Below, in pieces: positions 46,679-56,546 of a stretch of 64,000 nucleotides of DNA. A program made the position numbers and the translations under genes. The DNA comes from an uncultured Candidatus Actinomarina sp. GTDB taxonomy: Bacteria > Actinomycetota > Acidimicrobiia > Actinomarinales > Actinomarinaceae. Each line of letters opens with the position of its first letter. Positions within the stretch are counted from its first letter, which is position 1. The stretch spans positions 834 to 64,833 of the forward strand of contig CACLXG010000002.1 of NCBI GenBank assembly GCA_902610815.1. The letters run 5' to 3'. The notes beneath the pieces are model-generated. The model saw nothing but the letters and a program-made list of their open reading frames with translations, made no database searches and was not told where the DNA came from.

Positions 46679-47707
46679 ATGAAGATAAAAGCAGAATATA
46701 TATGGATTGACGGTCTAACTCCAACCGCAAAATTAAGGAGTAAAACAAAAATAATAGAACAAGGGACAGAGCCACCAATTTGGGGCTTTGATGGTTCAAG
46801 TACACAACAAGCCACAGGTGACCAATCTGATTGCGTATTAAAGCCAGTCGCTCAATTTCCAGACCCGATTAGAGGTGGAGATAACATATTAGTAATGTGT
46901 GAAGTTATGAATGTAGATATGACCCCTCACGCATCCAATACAAGAGCTGCATTGGTTGAATCAGCTTCAAATTTTAGTGAGTTTGAACCATGGTTTGGTA
47001 TGGAACAAGAGTATACATTTTACGAGCAGTCATATGACTCTCTCAAGTATGGACAACCTCTTGGTTTTCCACCATCAGGTTATCCGGCTCCTCAAGGAGG
47101 TTACTACTGTGGAGTCGGTGCTGACGAAGTTTATGGACGCGCAATTTCAGAAGCACACGCAACAGCTTGTATAGAAGCAGGTTTAGGGATTTCTGGAACA
47201 AATGCAGAAGTTATGCCTGGTCAATGGGAATTTCAAATTGGTCCAGTCGGAGCACCCGATATAGGTGATCATATTTGGGTAGCCAGATGGCTTCTTTATC
47301 GAATTGCTGAAGACTGGAATATATCAGCAACTTTAAATCCAAAACCAGTTAAAGGTGACTGGAATGGTGCTGGTATGCATACCAACTTTTCAACAAAACA
47401 AATGAGAGAAGATGGAGGCTATGAAGCCATTGTTGCAGGATGTGAAGCCCTGGGTAAAAATGCTGATTTGCACGTTAAAAATTATGGTGCAAATATTGAA
47501 GATAGACTTACTGGAGACCATGAAACTCAGAGTTTTGATACTTTTTCTTATGGAGTCAGTGACAGAGGAGCTTCAATAAGAATTCCATGGCAAGTAGAGG
47601 TAGATAAAAAAGGTTATCTCGAAGACAGAAGGCCTAATGCTAACGGCGATCCTTATGTCATAGCAATGTTAATGATTGATACTGTTTGTTCAGCAGCTTC
47701 TAGCTAG
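46679..47707 (+). CDS. glnII: glutamine synthetase type II
   Basis: 342 aa. KAEYIWIDG N-terminus, GTNAEVMPGQWEFQIGP, NGAGMHTNFS. Confidence 0.85.
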   Translation: MKIKAEYIWIDGLTPTAKLRSKTKIIEQGTEPPIWGFDGSSTQQATGDQSDCVLKPVAQFPDPIRGGDNILVMCEVMNVDMTPHASNTRAALVESASNFSEFEPWFGMEQEYTFYEQSYDSLKYGQPLGFPPSGYPAPQGGYYCGVGADEVYGRAISEAHATACIEAGLGISGTNAEVMPGQWEFQIGPVGAPDIGDHIWVARWLLYRIAEDWNISATLNPKPVKGDWNGAGMHTNFSTKQMREDGGYEAIVAGCEALGKNADLHVKNYGANIEDRLTGDHETQSFDTFSYGVSDRGASIRIPWQVEVDKKGYLEDRRPNANGDPYVIAMLMIDTVCSAASS

Positions 47708-48311
47708 AAGTTGCTGAAGCAACGACTTCTTCAATCTTTTTAATAAACTGATCTAAATTTCTATTAAATGAATCTAGAGCTGAAGCTCTTTGTTCTCCTG
47801 TATCAGAAGATTCAAGACCAGCGAGCAACTCTACAGTATCTTTAGAAATTAATTCTACGAGAGTTTTAAGTTCTTCATGGCTTGTTACTAGATTCGCAAA
47901 CTCACTTGGTGGCCCAGGTTCAGAAACTGTTATTACAAATTGTTCTGCAGTGGCAATAAATGCTCTAAACTCATCTTTAGCTTCTTGGTAAGTAACAGAT
48001 TTATTATCCCAGTTCTCATTTGCTTCTAAAACATCTTTGCCAAGTTCTGTTGCTTGAATTTTTTCTGCAGTTAATTCTTCAAGATAAGCAACATAATTAT
48101 CAGGAAGTGTAGTAGTTGTAGTAGTCGTTGAAGTGTCTTCAACACTTGTTTCTTCTGCAACTGTTTCAACTGGAGCTTCTTCAGCAACTATCTCAAGATT
48201 GTTATTTGTTGTGACTCTATTTATGAAAGTATAAGTTGTAGCAATCATACCAATTAATACAAGTGGAAGTACTATTCGCCCTGGTTTTGGATCTGGATTA
48301 AAGGTTTCCAT
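47700..48311 (-). CDS. membrane-anchored acidic protein
   Basis: One N-terminal TM segment, a T-rich linker (TTTTTTL) and a helical ectodomain. Confidence 0.4.
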   Translation of the reverse strand: METFNPDPKPGRIVLPLVLIGMIATTYTFINRVTTNNNLEIVAEEAPVETVAEETSVEDTSTTTTTTTLPDNYVAYLEELTAEKIQATELGKDVLEANENWDNKSVTYQEAKDEFRAFIATAEQFVITVSEPGPPSEFANLVTSHEELKTLVELISKDTVELLAGLESSDTGEQRASALDSFNRNLDQFIKKIEEVVASATSS

Positions 48312-48313
48312 AG

Positions 48314-48556
48314 CTATATTGTATCAAACTTATTTAATATATCGTTATTAATGAGACTCCAATCCCCACTTTTCTCTTTTGTTAGAGTTAAAAAACCAGG
48401 ACCTGTGAATATAGATTCAACTCCGTTGATTTCAATTAATTGTTTTGCAACACCACTTAACTCTTGACTCTCTTTGTTAATGTATATAGCAATTTCATAG
48501 TCGTGTTCGACTAATATTTTTTTAGCATTGGGATTAGGTGTATCTATTAAATCCAT
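48314..48556 (-). CDS. Nfu_N-like (NifU N-terminal) domain protein
   Basis: Start set at MDLIDTPNPNAKK. The TPNPNA motif is characteristic of Nfu N-terminal domains. Confidence 0.45.
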   Translation of the reverse strand: MDLIDTPNPNAKKILVEHDYEIAIYINKESQELSGVAKQLIEINGVESIFTGPGFLTLTKEKSGDWSLINNDILNKFDTI

Positions 48557-48598
48557 ATTTAAATAATATTTTAATATAAATACAGTTAATATGTTTGT

Positions 48599-49141
48599 AT
48601 GCAATCCGATGTTGGTAAATTGACCAAAAACAGTATATCTATAAATCGAAGTCAGATTATTTCTGTTTTAGGGCTATATTGTTTTGTTCTTGGTACATCT
48701 CTATTAGGGTTCTCAGTTTATTTGTTTTTAGAGTCATCAGGAATAGTCAATGAAGTGCTTATAAGCTGGAGTGGGCAAGGGCTGTTCTGGTCATTCATTA
48801 CACTTTTTGTTTCTATTTTTATTTTGTTTGTTCCTGTTGAATTTTTTAATGAGTATTTTATAGAAAACAGATCTTTTAAAAATTTACTGACAAATGTAGT
48901 TTCAGTAATATTTGTTTCATTATTTTTTCTAGTCTTATTCCAGATTTTACTTAGGAATCAGAATGTATTTGTAAATGAGTATCTTGTGATCGCTAGAGCT
49001 GTTTCATTTTCAGGATTCATCGCAATTCCATTAGTGTTGTTTTTATTTCACAATTTTGGAAAAAATTTGAGTTTAATAAATAATTACTCATATAGCTTGG
49101 TACTTATAATCTGGATTATTTCTACTCAAATATTTTTATAA
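48599..49141 (+). CDS. polytopic membrane protein
   Basis: About 5 TM segments; no motif recognised. Confidence 0.4.
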   Translation: MQSDVGKLTKNSISINRSQIISVLGLYCFVLGTSLLGFSVYLFLESSGIVNEVLISWSGQGLFWSFITLFVSIFILFVPVEFFNEYFIENRSFKNLLTNVVSVIFVSLFFLVLFQILLRNQNVFVNEYLVIARAVSFSGFIAIPLVLFLFHNFGKNLSLINNYSYSLVLIIWIISTQIFL

Positions 49142-49142
49142 T

Positions 49143-50783
49143 CTACATTTTTTTTACAGGAGTCATTCCTAAACACCACATTACATTTTGGCTTGTTGTC
49201 AAAAATAAATTTGTGATATATATTTTTGAAGATAGACGGTCAGAGTTATCGATTTCTAATATTTTTTCACTTTCATAAAATTGATTAAACAAATTTGAGA
49301 TTTCATACAAATAGTTTGCTAGATGATGAGGCTCATTTAATAAAGCTGATTGTTCTATAAAGTAACTAAACAAATACAATTTTGAAAGGAGTTTTTTATC
49401 AACATCATTAAGAGTTAAATTATTCAGTTCATTGTTGTTATTTTCAATGTTGTCCAAAAGCTTTTTTGCTCTGACTTGTGAATACTGTGCATAGATACCC
49501 GTTTTTCCATTTACATTGGTAAATTTTTCTAGATCAAATTTGTAGTCTGTCTTTCTATTGGTAATTAAATCACTATAGGTTAAAACGGAATTTGTTAACT
49601 GTGAAATTATAGAATCATCTAGCGCATTATTAATTTCTTTTATATATTTATAAGTTTCTTCAAACAACTCACTAAGTGGTTTTGTGCCACCGTCCCTAGT
49701 TTTATAAGGATTTCCATCTCGATCATTTAAAGTTCCATAAGAAATATGTTCATGTTCTAAATTATTAAATTCAAAAAACTTAATTGAACTAAACAATTGT
49801 TCAAAGTGAAGTGATTGGCGATTGTCAACAATATAAAAAGTTTTATCGTAACCTATATTTTTTTGCCTAAATAATATAGTTGCTAGATCTGTAGTGATAT
49901 ATAGGTATGATCCATCTGATTTTGTAATCAATATTTTTGGATCTGTATCTTCCTCGCTTATTAAAGCTCCGTCATCATAAACAATTTTTTCATTTTTTAA
50001 CAATTCGTCGATCATTTTTGGAATTAAATTATTTACATCACTTTCACCCAGCCAGTAATCAAAACTGTGATTAAGTATTGCAAAATTTTCTTTTAAGCTA
50101 TTTACAGATAGTTCCTTAATAGATTCCCACGTTTTTAGTAGTTGTTGATCATTATTATTTAAAAGTTTATTTATTTCTTGGGCGCGAGTTTTGAAATCTT
50201 TGTTTTGTCTATATTCCTCACTTGATTTTGGATAGATTATTTCTAACTGACTTGAGTCTAAGCTTTGTGGTTCTATGGCTTCTTTCTCTAAGTAAGTAAT
50301 AATTTGAGCTATTGGCATACCCCAGTCTCCTAGATGTATATCGCTCACCACCTCATTGCCTATAAATGAATGAATATTGTATAAACTCCTTCCAATATTT
50401 AGTGTTCGCATATGTCCTACATGTAATGGTTTACCAATATTTGGACCACCGTAATCAAAAATAATTTTACTTTTATTTTTATTTTCAAAATCGCTTTGTG
50501 TATTAGTTATATTTTTCATGAGATAAATATGATTAAGGTTTAAATTCAGAAACCCTATGTCATTTTTCACTACAGGTAGAAAAATGTTTGATGAATTGAT
50601 TGTTTTGATTACATTTTCTTGTAGTTCATGAAAGTAATCAGATTTATTGTGTTTCACTAAATTATTAATTTGTAAATCATATCCACCAATTTTTGACAGG
50701 CTAAACTGTATTTTTTCGTCTAACTCATATTTTTTAAATTCCCCTGCGAGAGAATTAATTAAATTATTGATAACATTATTCAT
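49143..50783 (-). CDS. argS: arginine--tRNA ligase
   Basis: PNIGKPLHVGHMRT (HIGH), C-terminal DALR-type anticodon-binding domain, ends in M. Confidence 0.85.
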   Translation of the reverse strand: MNNVINNLINSLAGEFKKYELDEKIQFSLSKIGGYDLQINNLVKHNKSDYFHELQENVIKTINSSNIFLPVVKNDIGFLNLNLNHIYLMKNITNTQSDFENKNKSKIIFDYGGPNIGKPLHVGHMRTLNIGRSLYNIHSFIGNEVVSDIHLGDWGMPIAQIITYLEKEAIEPQSLDSSQLEIIYPKSSEEYRQNKDFKTRAQEINKLLNNNDQQLLKTWESIKELSVNSLKENFAILNHSFDYWLGESDVNNLIPKMIDELLKNEKIVYDDGALISEEDTDPKILITKSDGSYLYITTDLATILFRQKNIGYDKTFYIVDNRQSLHFEQLFSSIKFFEFNNLEHEHISYGTLNDRDGNPYKTRDGGTKPLSELFEETYKYIKEINNALDDSIISQLTNSVLTYSDLITNRKTDYKFDLEKFTNVNGKTGIYAQYSQVRAKKLLDNIENNNNELNNLTLNDVDKKLLSKLYLFSYFIEQSALLNEPHHLANYLYEISNLFNQFYESEKILEIDNSDRLSSKIYITNLFLTTSQNVMWCLGMTPVKKM

Positions 50784-50812
50784 ATAGCTTTTTCTTATCT
50801 TTATTTTACTGT

Positions 50813-51547
50813 TTATCTACGAAAGAATACTTGTCTCAAGAAGTAAAGAACAAACAAGGTGTTGTCAATTAAATATCTTTTGTAAAGTCTTTTTGGGTCT
50901 TGAACTAATCTTAGTACCCATTCAAGTCCCAAATTAGCAATCCACTCAGGAGCTTTCTTTTTTGTTCCTGCTACCCATTCAAAAACTGCTCCTATCCCAA
51001 CAAAGTTAACTGAGGAATCTATTTCATTACAAAGCTTATCTATGAACATCTCTTGTTTAGGGAATCCTAGAGAAACCCAAACTATATCCGCATTAATACT
51101 TTCTATTTCATCTTTATATCTTTGAACTAAATCATCAGCATTCATGAATTCTGGACAAAGATAACCAACAATTTTTATATCAGGAAATTTTTGAGTTAAT
51201 TTGTCAATCATTAATTGTGTTACAGCTTCATTATTACCAAAGAAATAATGTCTTTTACCAATATTTAATCCATTTTCAATTGTTTGTAAAAAGACTTTGT
51301 AACCATCAACTCTTGAAAATTTTTGTTTAGTTAAAAATGAAAGTGCTTTGGCAACAGGGAAACCATCGGGTGTTCTAATTGTAAAGTTGTTGATTAAGTT
51401 TCTAATCTTAACATCACGAACACTTCTCACTAGTGTATTTGTATTACAAATTGCTACTCGACTTTTTGTTGAAGTATTAAGCAATTTTGAGACTTGATTT
51501 ATATTTGTCTCATTTATATTTGTCTGAAGCACCTTCGTAGTTTTCAT
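50813..51547 (-). CDS. WecB/TagA/CpsF-family glycosyltransferase
   Basis: TPDGFPVAKA and SLGFPKQE blocks. Start moved to MKTTKV so the gene no longer runs into tRNA-Arg. Confidence 0.7.
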   Translation of the reverse strand: MKTTKVLQTNINETNINQVSKLLNTSTKSRVAICNTNTLVRSVRDVKIRNLINNFTIRTPDGFPVAKALSFLTKQKFSRVDGYKVFLQTIENGLNIGKRHYFFGNNEAVTQLMIDKLTQKFPDIKIVGYLCPEFMNADDLVQRYKDEIESINADIVWVSLGFPKQEMFIDKLCNEIDSSVNFVGIGAVFEWVAGTKKKAPEWIANLGLEWVLRLVQDPKRLYKRYLIDNTLFVLYFLRQVFFRR

Positions 51548-51595
51548 TCTTGCAACTATTATATAAGTATTAAATTTAGAGTATAAGAAAAACTT

Positions 51596-51669
51596 GCGCC
51601 TGTGGCTCAACTGGATAGAGCATCTGACTTCGGATCAGAGGGTTGGGGGTTCGAGTCCCTCCAGGCGTG
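51596..51669 (+). tRNA. tRNA-Arg (anticodon UCG)
   Basis: Hand-folded cloverleaf: acceptor GCGCCTG/CAGGCGT (G1-U72), D arm GCTC/GAGC, anticodon arm TCTGA-CTTCGGA-TCAGA, T arm GGGGG-TTCGAGT-CCCTC. CCA is not encoded. Confidence 0.8.
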
Positions 51670-52786
51670 CAAAAAGTTTATTTATTTGCTTAACTCTCTC
51701 ATAATATGAATATTGTTCAACATTTTTATATATTACATCTTTGTTATTACTTGCTTCTTTAAGTCTTTGAATAAATTCTAAAGTGTCACCTTCCTTAAAA
51801 AAATATATTAAGTCTGAGTATGGCAAAGCTCTATGAGCCTCAAAGTCAATTGCCATCACATTCAAACCAGACCTAATATATTCAAAATACTTAACAGGAG
51901 ATGTGTGAAATTTAGAATGTTTATCATTTGAAGAGTTAATTAAAATACCTACGGAATGAGAAGATAACAATTTCATTAATTTATCTTGCGGTATATAGTC
52001 TAAAATTTCCACATTTGATATATTGTATCTATGGACATCCTCTCTTAACTTGTCACCTAATTTTTTAGGGCCGCCTATAATCCTGAGCTTATATTCTCGA
52101 AGCTCTTCATTGCTAAATGCATCTATCAAAAAGTTTAAATTTCTATCTTCATTAAACCTTGAGAACCTACCTACAAAAATAACTTCTTTATCATTTTTTG
52201 AACTATTCAAATCTTCAAAATCACTTTCATCATACGCTGAAGGATAAACAATCATATTTTCTATTTGTGTATCACTTAGTTCAAAGCTTTCAAGTAAAAG
52301 AGTATTTTGGAATACATAACCGGAGTTTTTTTTATTTTTAAGTAATTTAAAAATAATATTTGTAGATTTCGAATATTTATGACATTCAAAAATTATTGTT
52401 AGATTTTTTCTCGAAAAAAAATAAAATATCCAATTCGATCTTGTATAAAATAAAGTATCTTTTAAATTTTTATTGCTTAATAAATACTTTATGAAAATAA
52501 AAAGTGACCATATGAAATGACTTAATATAAATGAAAACTTATTTAAAAAATTAATTTTTCCAAATGGTAAAAAATAAGCTGTCCTTACTATATTTATTTT
52601 TTCTTTTATATTGTAAAAATCTAAAATTTCATTGTTATCTGGTTTAATTTTTTCTCTTCCAGGAAAAATTAAAGAAACATCATATCCAGATTTCTTAAAA
52701 TAGGAAACAGTTTTCATGCTGACTATAGTGTTTGCACTAAACATTGGAAAGTTTTGAAATGTTATATAATGCAAAGGCTTATTCAT
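51635..52786 (-). CDS. glycosyltransferase, GT4/GT-B-like
   Basis: C-terminal half has VIFVGRFS...LRIIGGP and a SPVKYFEY...G block. The last 12 codons are antisense to tRNA-Arg. Confidence 0.6.
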   Translation of the reverse strand: MNKPLHYITFQNFPMFSANTIVSMKTVSYFKKSGYDVSLIFPGREKIKPDNNEILDFYNIKEKINIVRTAYFLPFGKINFLNKFSFILSHFIWSLFIFIKYLLSNKNLKDTLFYTRSNWIFYFFSRKNLTIIFECHKYSKSTNIIFKLLKNKKNSGYVFQNTLLLESFELSDTQIENMIVYPSAYDESDFEDLNSSKNDKEVIFVGRFSRFNEDRNLNFLIDAFSNEELREYKLRIIGGPKKLGDKLREDVHRYNISNVEILDYIPQDKLMKLLSSHSVGILINSSNDKHSKFHTSPVKYFEYIRSGLNVMAIDFEAHRALPYSDLIYFFKEGDTLEFIQRLKEASNNKDVIYKNVEQYSYYERVKQINKLFARLEGLEPPTL

Positions 52787-54876
52787 TATGCTTCTTTGAC
52801 AAATATATTTTTAATTCTTAACAAATTTATAAGAATTAAAAATATTAAAAAATTCGGTACATAAAGTGCTGAATCACTTTTTAAAAAATTAATTATGAAA
52901 AACAGCAGTAGTATATTTCCATAGAAGTCATTTTTATTTTTCACAACATAAACAAAGATTAAAAACAATACAACCAAAAGTCCGATAGTGCCAAAAAATA
53001 TAAAATATGTTATTAGTGAGGAATGAGGTAAGACTAACCCTTCTTGATATTTAGTCTCATGTCCTAAATAATATTCAGTAAGTTGATTTGGCCCATAACC
53101 AAAAAGAAATTCAGATAGATTTGGATTGTATTTTGCAATAAAAATGCCCCATTTTTCTGATCTATTTACATAATACGAAACTGAACTAACAAGCGATATA
53201 GCACTTGGAACATTATCAATTTTATTACCAAAGGTATAGGAATTTAATAAATATTTAAGGGACGAAGAGAAGTTAGTATTATCAGCAGGAAGAGAGAGCA
53301 AAAGAGCATAGTTTGCTTGTTCAATAGCTGATTCATTATATTCATTTAATTGAAAATCATAACTTATTGATGAAGCTTTAACCGCTTCAAACATGACTGA
53401 TCCACTCAAAAGCTGAAAAGAATTATTAGCTATTAAAAATAAATATCCGACTATTAACAAAATTATTAAGAGAAAATAAATAAGATTTCTTGTCTTTTTA
53501 CTTTGTACATTTTTATAAATTAAAATAACCAAAATCAATAGCATTAGGCTAATAATGGCAGCTGCGTTATTTGCACGGTATAGTCCATAAAAATTTATTA
53601 GAAGAAGAAAAAAATGATAGATTTTAAACTTAAACTGATTAATTAAATATGTTACAAGGCAAAATAATATTGCAAATGCAAAAAACTCTCCGATTGACTC
53701 TGCACTTGGATACAATCCCCGCCAGGCATTTCCATCAACACTTTGCATAGTATTCATCCCTGATTTGTTGTGTCCTAATATATAAAAACTTAAAAAATTT
53801 ATCGGTAGATTGATAGCACCAATTAAACCAGTAATTACTATTAAAGAAGAGGCTATTAAAAAATTATTACTTAACAAATTTAAATCAAGACTGTCTTTTG
53901 ATAAATCAACTATATATTTAACTCCAATTAATAAAAGATAGAAAACAATTGCCCAAAACAATAATGAGATATTTGTTTGTGATGTGTTAGCAAAACCTTT
54001 GATTTTATCTACATCAAAATTCTTATCTAAGTTTTCAGAATTAAGAAACCAAACTATAAAAAACAATAAATATGTAATTGATAATTTGATACTTACTTTG
54101 TTATTAAACAACCCAAGAATTCCTATAAAGCTAAAGACCAAAATAAAAAAGTTTATATTTAATGAGGCAAAGGATCCATAAATGAAAAACATAAACGGGA
54201 AATAATTTATTAAATTTGTAATTCTTGTTTCAAGTAATTTATCAATAAAATAAAATAAATATATTAAAATCAAAATAAAACTATATAAATAATAGTTATC
54301 AAATATTATAGAATTATCAAAATCTCTATAGAATGGCCAGGGAAAGTAATCTCTTCCAATTGTAGAATAGTAACTTCTTTCACCAATTAGATGTAGATAA
54401 ACCAAAAGCACTCCAAGTAAAATCGATACCTTGTTTAATTTTGTAAAACTATGTCTGTTTTTTGGAATTAAAGATAAAAAAGTTAACCAAATTATTGATT
54501 GAACTATTAAATCAACGTGGGTGTTAGTAGCTACCCTCACAACTAATTTGATTGGACTATATTTTTCCCATCCATCTTCAATTTTTTGTTCTCGTCTGTA
54601 GTCAATCCAAAAATTTTTACCAGCACATTCGATACTTCCACTAGGCTCGTTTCTGATTGAAATATCATAGTTGAGATTATAAGAATTTAATACTTCAAAG
54701 AAAGAATATTCGCACTGTAAATTATGGTAAAAGTATACCCAACTTTCTAAAGATTCTCTTGAATCCAATTGATAAGGTTCAGTTTCTGAGATATTAAAAG
54801 CTCCAAAAAGTATTAAGACAAGGAATACAAGGATAATTAATTTATAAATATTTTTTCTAATTTTTAAGGAGTTCAA
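52786..54876 (-). CDS. 696-aa polytopic membrane protein (O-antigen polymerase/ligase-like role is a guess)
   Basis: N-terminal TM segment, a Cys-containing ectodomain, then more than 12 TM segments. Sits in a glycan gene cluster. Confidence 0.45.
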   Translation of the reverse strand: MNSLKIRKNIYKLIILVFLVLILFGAFNISETEPYQLDSRESLESWVYFYHNLQCEYSFFEVLNSYNLNYDISIRNEPSGSIECAGKNFWIDYRREQKIEDGWEKYSPIKLVVRVATNTHVDLIVQSIIWLTFLSLIPKNRHSFTKLNKVSILLGVLLVYLHLIGERSYYSTIGRDYFPWPFYRDFDNSIIFDNYYLYSFILILIYLFYFIDKLLETRITNLINYFPFMFFIYGSFASLNINFFILVFSFIGILGLFNNKVSIKLSITYLLFFIVWFLNSENLDKNFDVDKIKGFANTSQTNISLLFWAIVFYLLLIGVKYIVDLSKDSLDLNLLSNNFLIASSLIVITGLIGAINLPINFLSFYILGHNKSGMNTMQSVDGNAWRGLYPSAESIGEFFAFAILFCLVTYLINQFKFKIYHFFLLLINFYGLYRANNAAAIISLMLLILVILIYKNVQSKKTRNLIYFLLIILLIVGYLFLIANNSFQLLSGSVMFEAVKASSISYDFQLNEYNESAIEQANYALLLSLPADNTNFSSSLKYLLNSYTFGNKIDNVPSAISLVSSVSYYVNRSEKWGIFIAKYNPNLSEFLFGYGPNQLTEYYLGHETKYQEGLVLPHSSLITYFIFFGTIGLLVVLFLIFVYVVKNKNDFYGNILLLFFIINFLKSDSALYVPNFLIFLILINLLRIKNIFVKEA

Positions 54877-55172
54877 CTTTTAGAAACCCTGGTAATTATA
54901 AATTTGTAAACTACTGGAACTATCAACAAAAACAAAAACAAAAATTTTTCACCATCAAAAAAATCTGAAACATTGTTCGTCCAACCACCTTTAGCATAAT
55001 ATGCGCATTCCAGCCAAGAATTTAAATTTACAACATTACCTTCTTGGTCAAATAAAGCTATTGTTTCAAAATTTTTGTCTGGAGTAAAAACAAAATTTGG
55101 CGAGTTTTCTATTTCTTCAAAATTAGGAATGTTTTCTGATTCACCACAAATTTTTTCTATTCTTTTTTTCAT
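54873..55172 (-). CDS. small C-tail-anchored protein, paralog of 62920..63222
   Basis: Start set at MKKRIEKICG. Shares the pattern CG...NF.F...V.NS..EC..Y..GGW plus a C-terminal TM with its paralog. ATGA overlap with the downstream giant gene. Confidence 0.45.
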   Translation of the reverse strand: MKKRIEKICGESENIPNFEEIENSPNFVFTPDKNFETIALFDQEGNVVNLNSWLECAYYAKGGWTNNVSDFFDGEKFLFLFLLIVPVVYKFIITRVSKS

Positions 55173-55239
55173 ACGAGATTTAATTATATTCACAATTAGT
55201 CGATTAGTTATTAGTTTTAAATAGTTTAAAATATAAGTT

Positions 55240-56082
55240 ATGAATGGTGATCCAGGATACTTTGGTCCACAATCCATGATGTGGAAAGTAAATAAAGAGA
55301 TAACAGTCTTGTTCGGAGGTGCCCGAGCGTTATTAATGCATGCAGCACACCCATTAATCGCTGCAGGAGCTAGACAAACATCTTTTTACCAGAGAGACCC
55401 CTGGAAGAGATTAATTCGAACTCTTTCATTGCAAAATTCTGTAACATTTGGTACTAAAGAAGAAGCTAATGAGAGTGCACATAGAATAAATAAACTGCAT
55501 GAAGTCATAAAGGGCAAAGACAATGTAACTGGTGGCTACTATGATGCTCTAGATCAGGAGCAACTTTTGTGGGTACACGCGTGTTTACAAATTTCATCAA
55601 TTTACTTTTATGAAAAAACAGTTGGAAAATTAACTGAAGAGGAAAAAAATATATACCATGAAGAAAACTCGATTGCTGCTGAAATGGTATTAGTGGACAA
55701 AGAGCAAATACCAAAAACACACAATGAACTAAAAAAATGGGTAATCGAAAAATCAAGAGAGAAAGATTATTTAGTCCAAACTGACGTAGCAATGGATGTA
55801 TATGACATAATCGGAGGTGGCCCTGTTCCTAAACATATTAAACCAATCTGGCCATTCATAGCTTTTACTGCGTTTAATACACTACCTAAAGAGTTTCAAG
55901 ATATCTATGGAATTAAAAGATCGAAAGTAAAAACATTCTTGGTAAATTTTAATTTATTTTTATTAAAATTTACAAGACCCCTCCTTCCTCCATTTTTCCG
56001 TCTCATTGCTCCCGCAAGGTGGGCAAAACAAAGGATTAACAGATCACCCAACTTACGATTTAGTGACAAAGCTAATTACTAG
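55240..56082 (+). CDS. DUF2236 / MpaB-type oxygenase family protein
   Basis: MMWKVNKE...LFGGARALLMHAAHPLIAAG is the family's N-terminal signature. Confidence 0.7.
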   Translation: MNGDPGYFGPQSMMWKVNKEITVLFGGARALLMHAAHPLIAAGARQTSFYQRDPWKRLIRTLSLQNSVTFGTKEEANESAHRINKLHEVIKGKDNVTGGYYDALDQEQLLWVHACLQISSIYFYEKTVGKLTEEEKNIYHEENSIAAEMVLVDKEQIPKTHNELKKWVIEKSREKDYLVQTDVAMDVYDIIGGGPVPKHIKPIWPFIAFTAFNTLPKEFQDIYGIKRSKVKTFLVNFNLFLLKFTRPLLPPFFRLIAPARWAKQRINRSPNLRFSDKANY

Positions 56083-56099
56083 GCAATATAATAAACAAT

Positions 56100-56414
56100 A
56101 TGAATGACGAGCAAAAATGGTCTGATATAACAAATGATATAGCAAATGTTTCCAAGAAAATTAAATCACGTATTGATGAGGAAGAGCTTGTAGAAGATTT
56201 AAAGGACACTTTTAAAAACACAATAGAAAATACTTCGCAACTTATTAATAATATAATTCAGACAGTTGAATCTACCGTAACAGACGAAGAAATAAAAAAA
56301 GAGACTAAAGAGATTGTGAGTAATATAAATGTTGAACTTAAAAATTTACTTTTTGAAACTAAGAATAAATTTGCAGAAGTTTTTGAATCAGACTCCCTAT
56401 CTGAGGAAGAGTAA
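56100..56414 (+). CDS. acidic coiled-coil protein
   Basis: 104 aa, E/K/N-rich; no motif recognised. Confidence 0.35.
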   Translation: MNDEQKWSDITNDIANVSKKIKSRIDEEELVEDLKDTFKNTIENTSQLINNIIQTVESTVTDEEIKKETKEIVSNINVELKNLLFETKNKFAEVFESDSLSEEE

Positions 56415-56472
56415 AGTTAATATTCCTTATAGTAAATTGAGGTGTTTATAATATCTTTGTTACTAATTAACT

Positions 56473-56545
56473 GGGTCGGTAGCTCAATCGGCAGAGCAGG
56501 AGCCTTTTAAGCTCAAGGTCGTGGGTTCGATTCCCACCCGACCCA
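56473..56545 (+). tRNA. tRNA-Lys (anticodon UUU)
   Basis: GGGTCGG/CCGACCC acceptor, anticodon loop CTTTTAA, T arm GTGGG-TTCGATT-CCCAC. Confidence 0.9.
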
Positions 56546-56546
56546 C

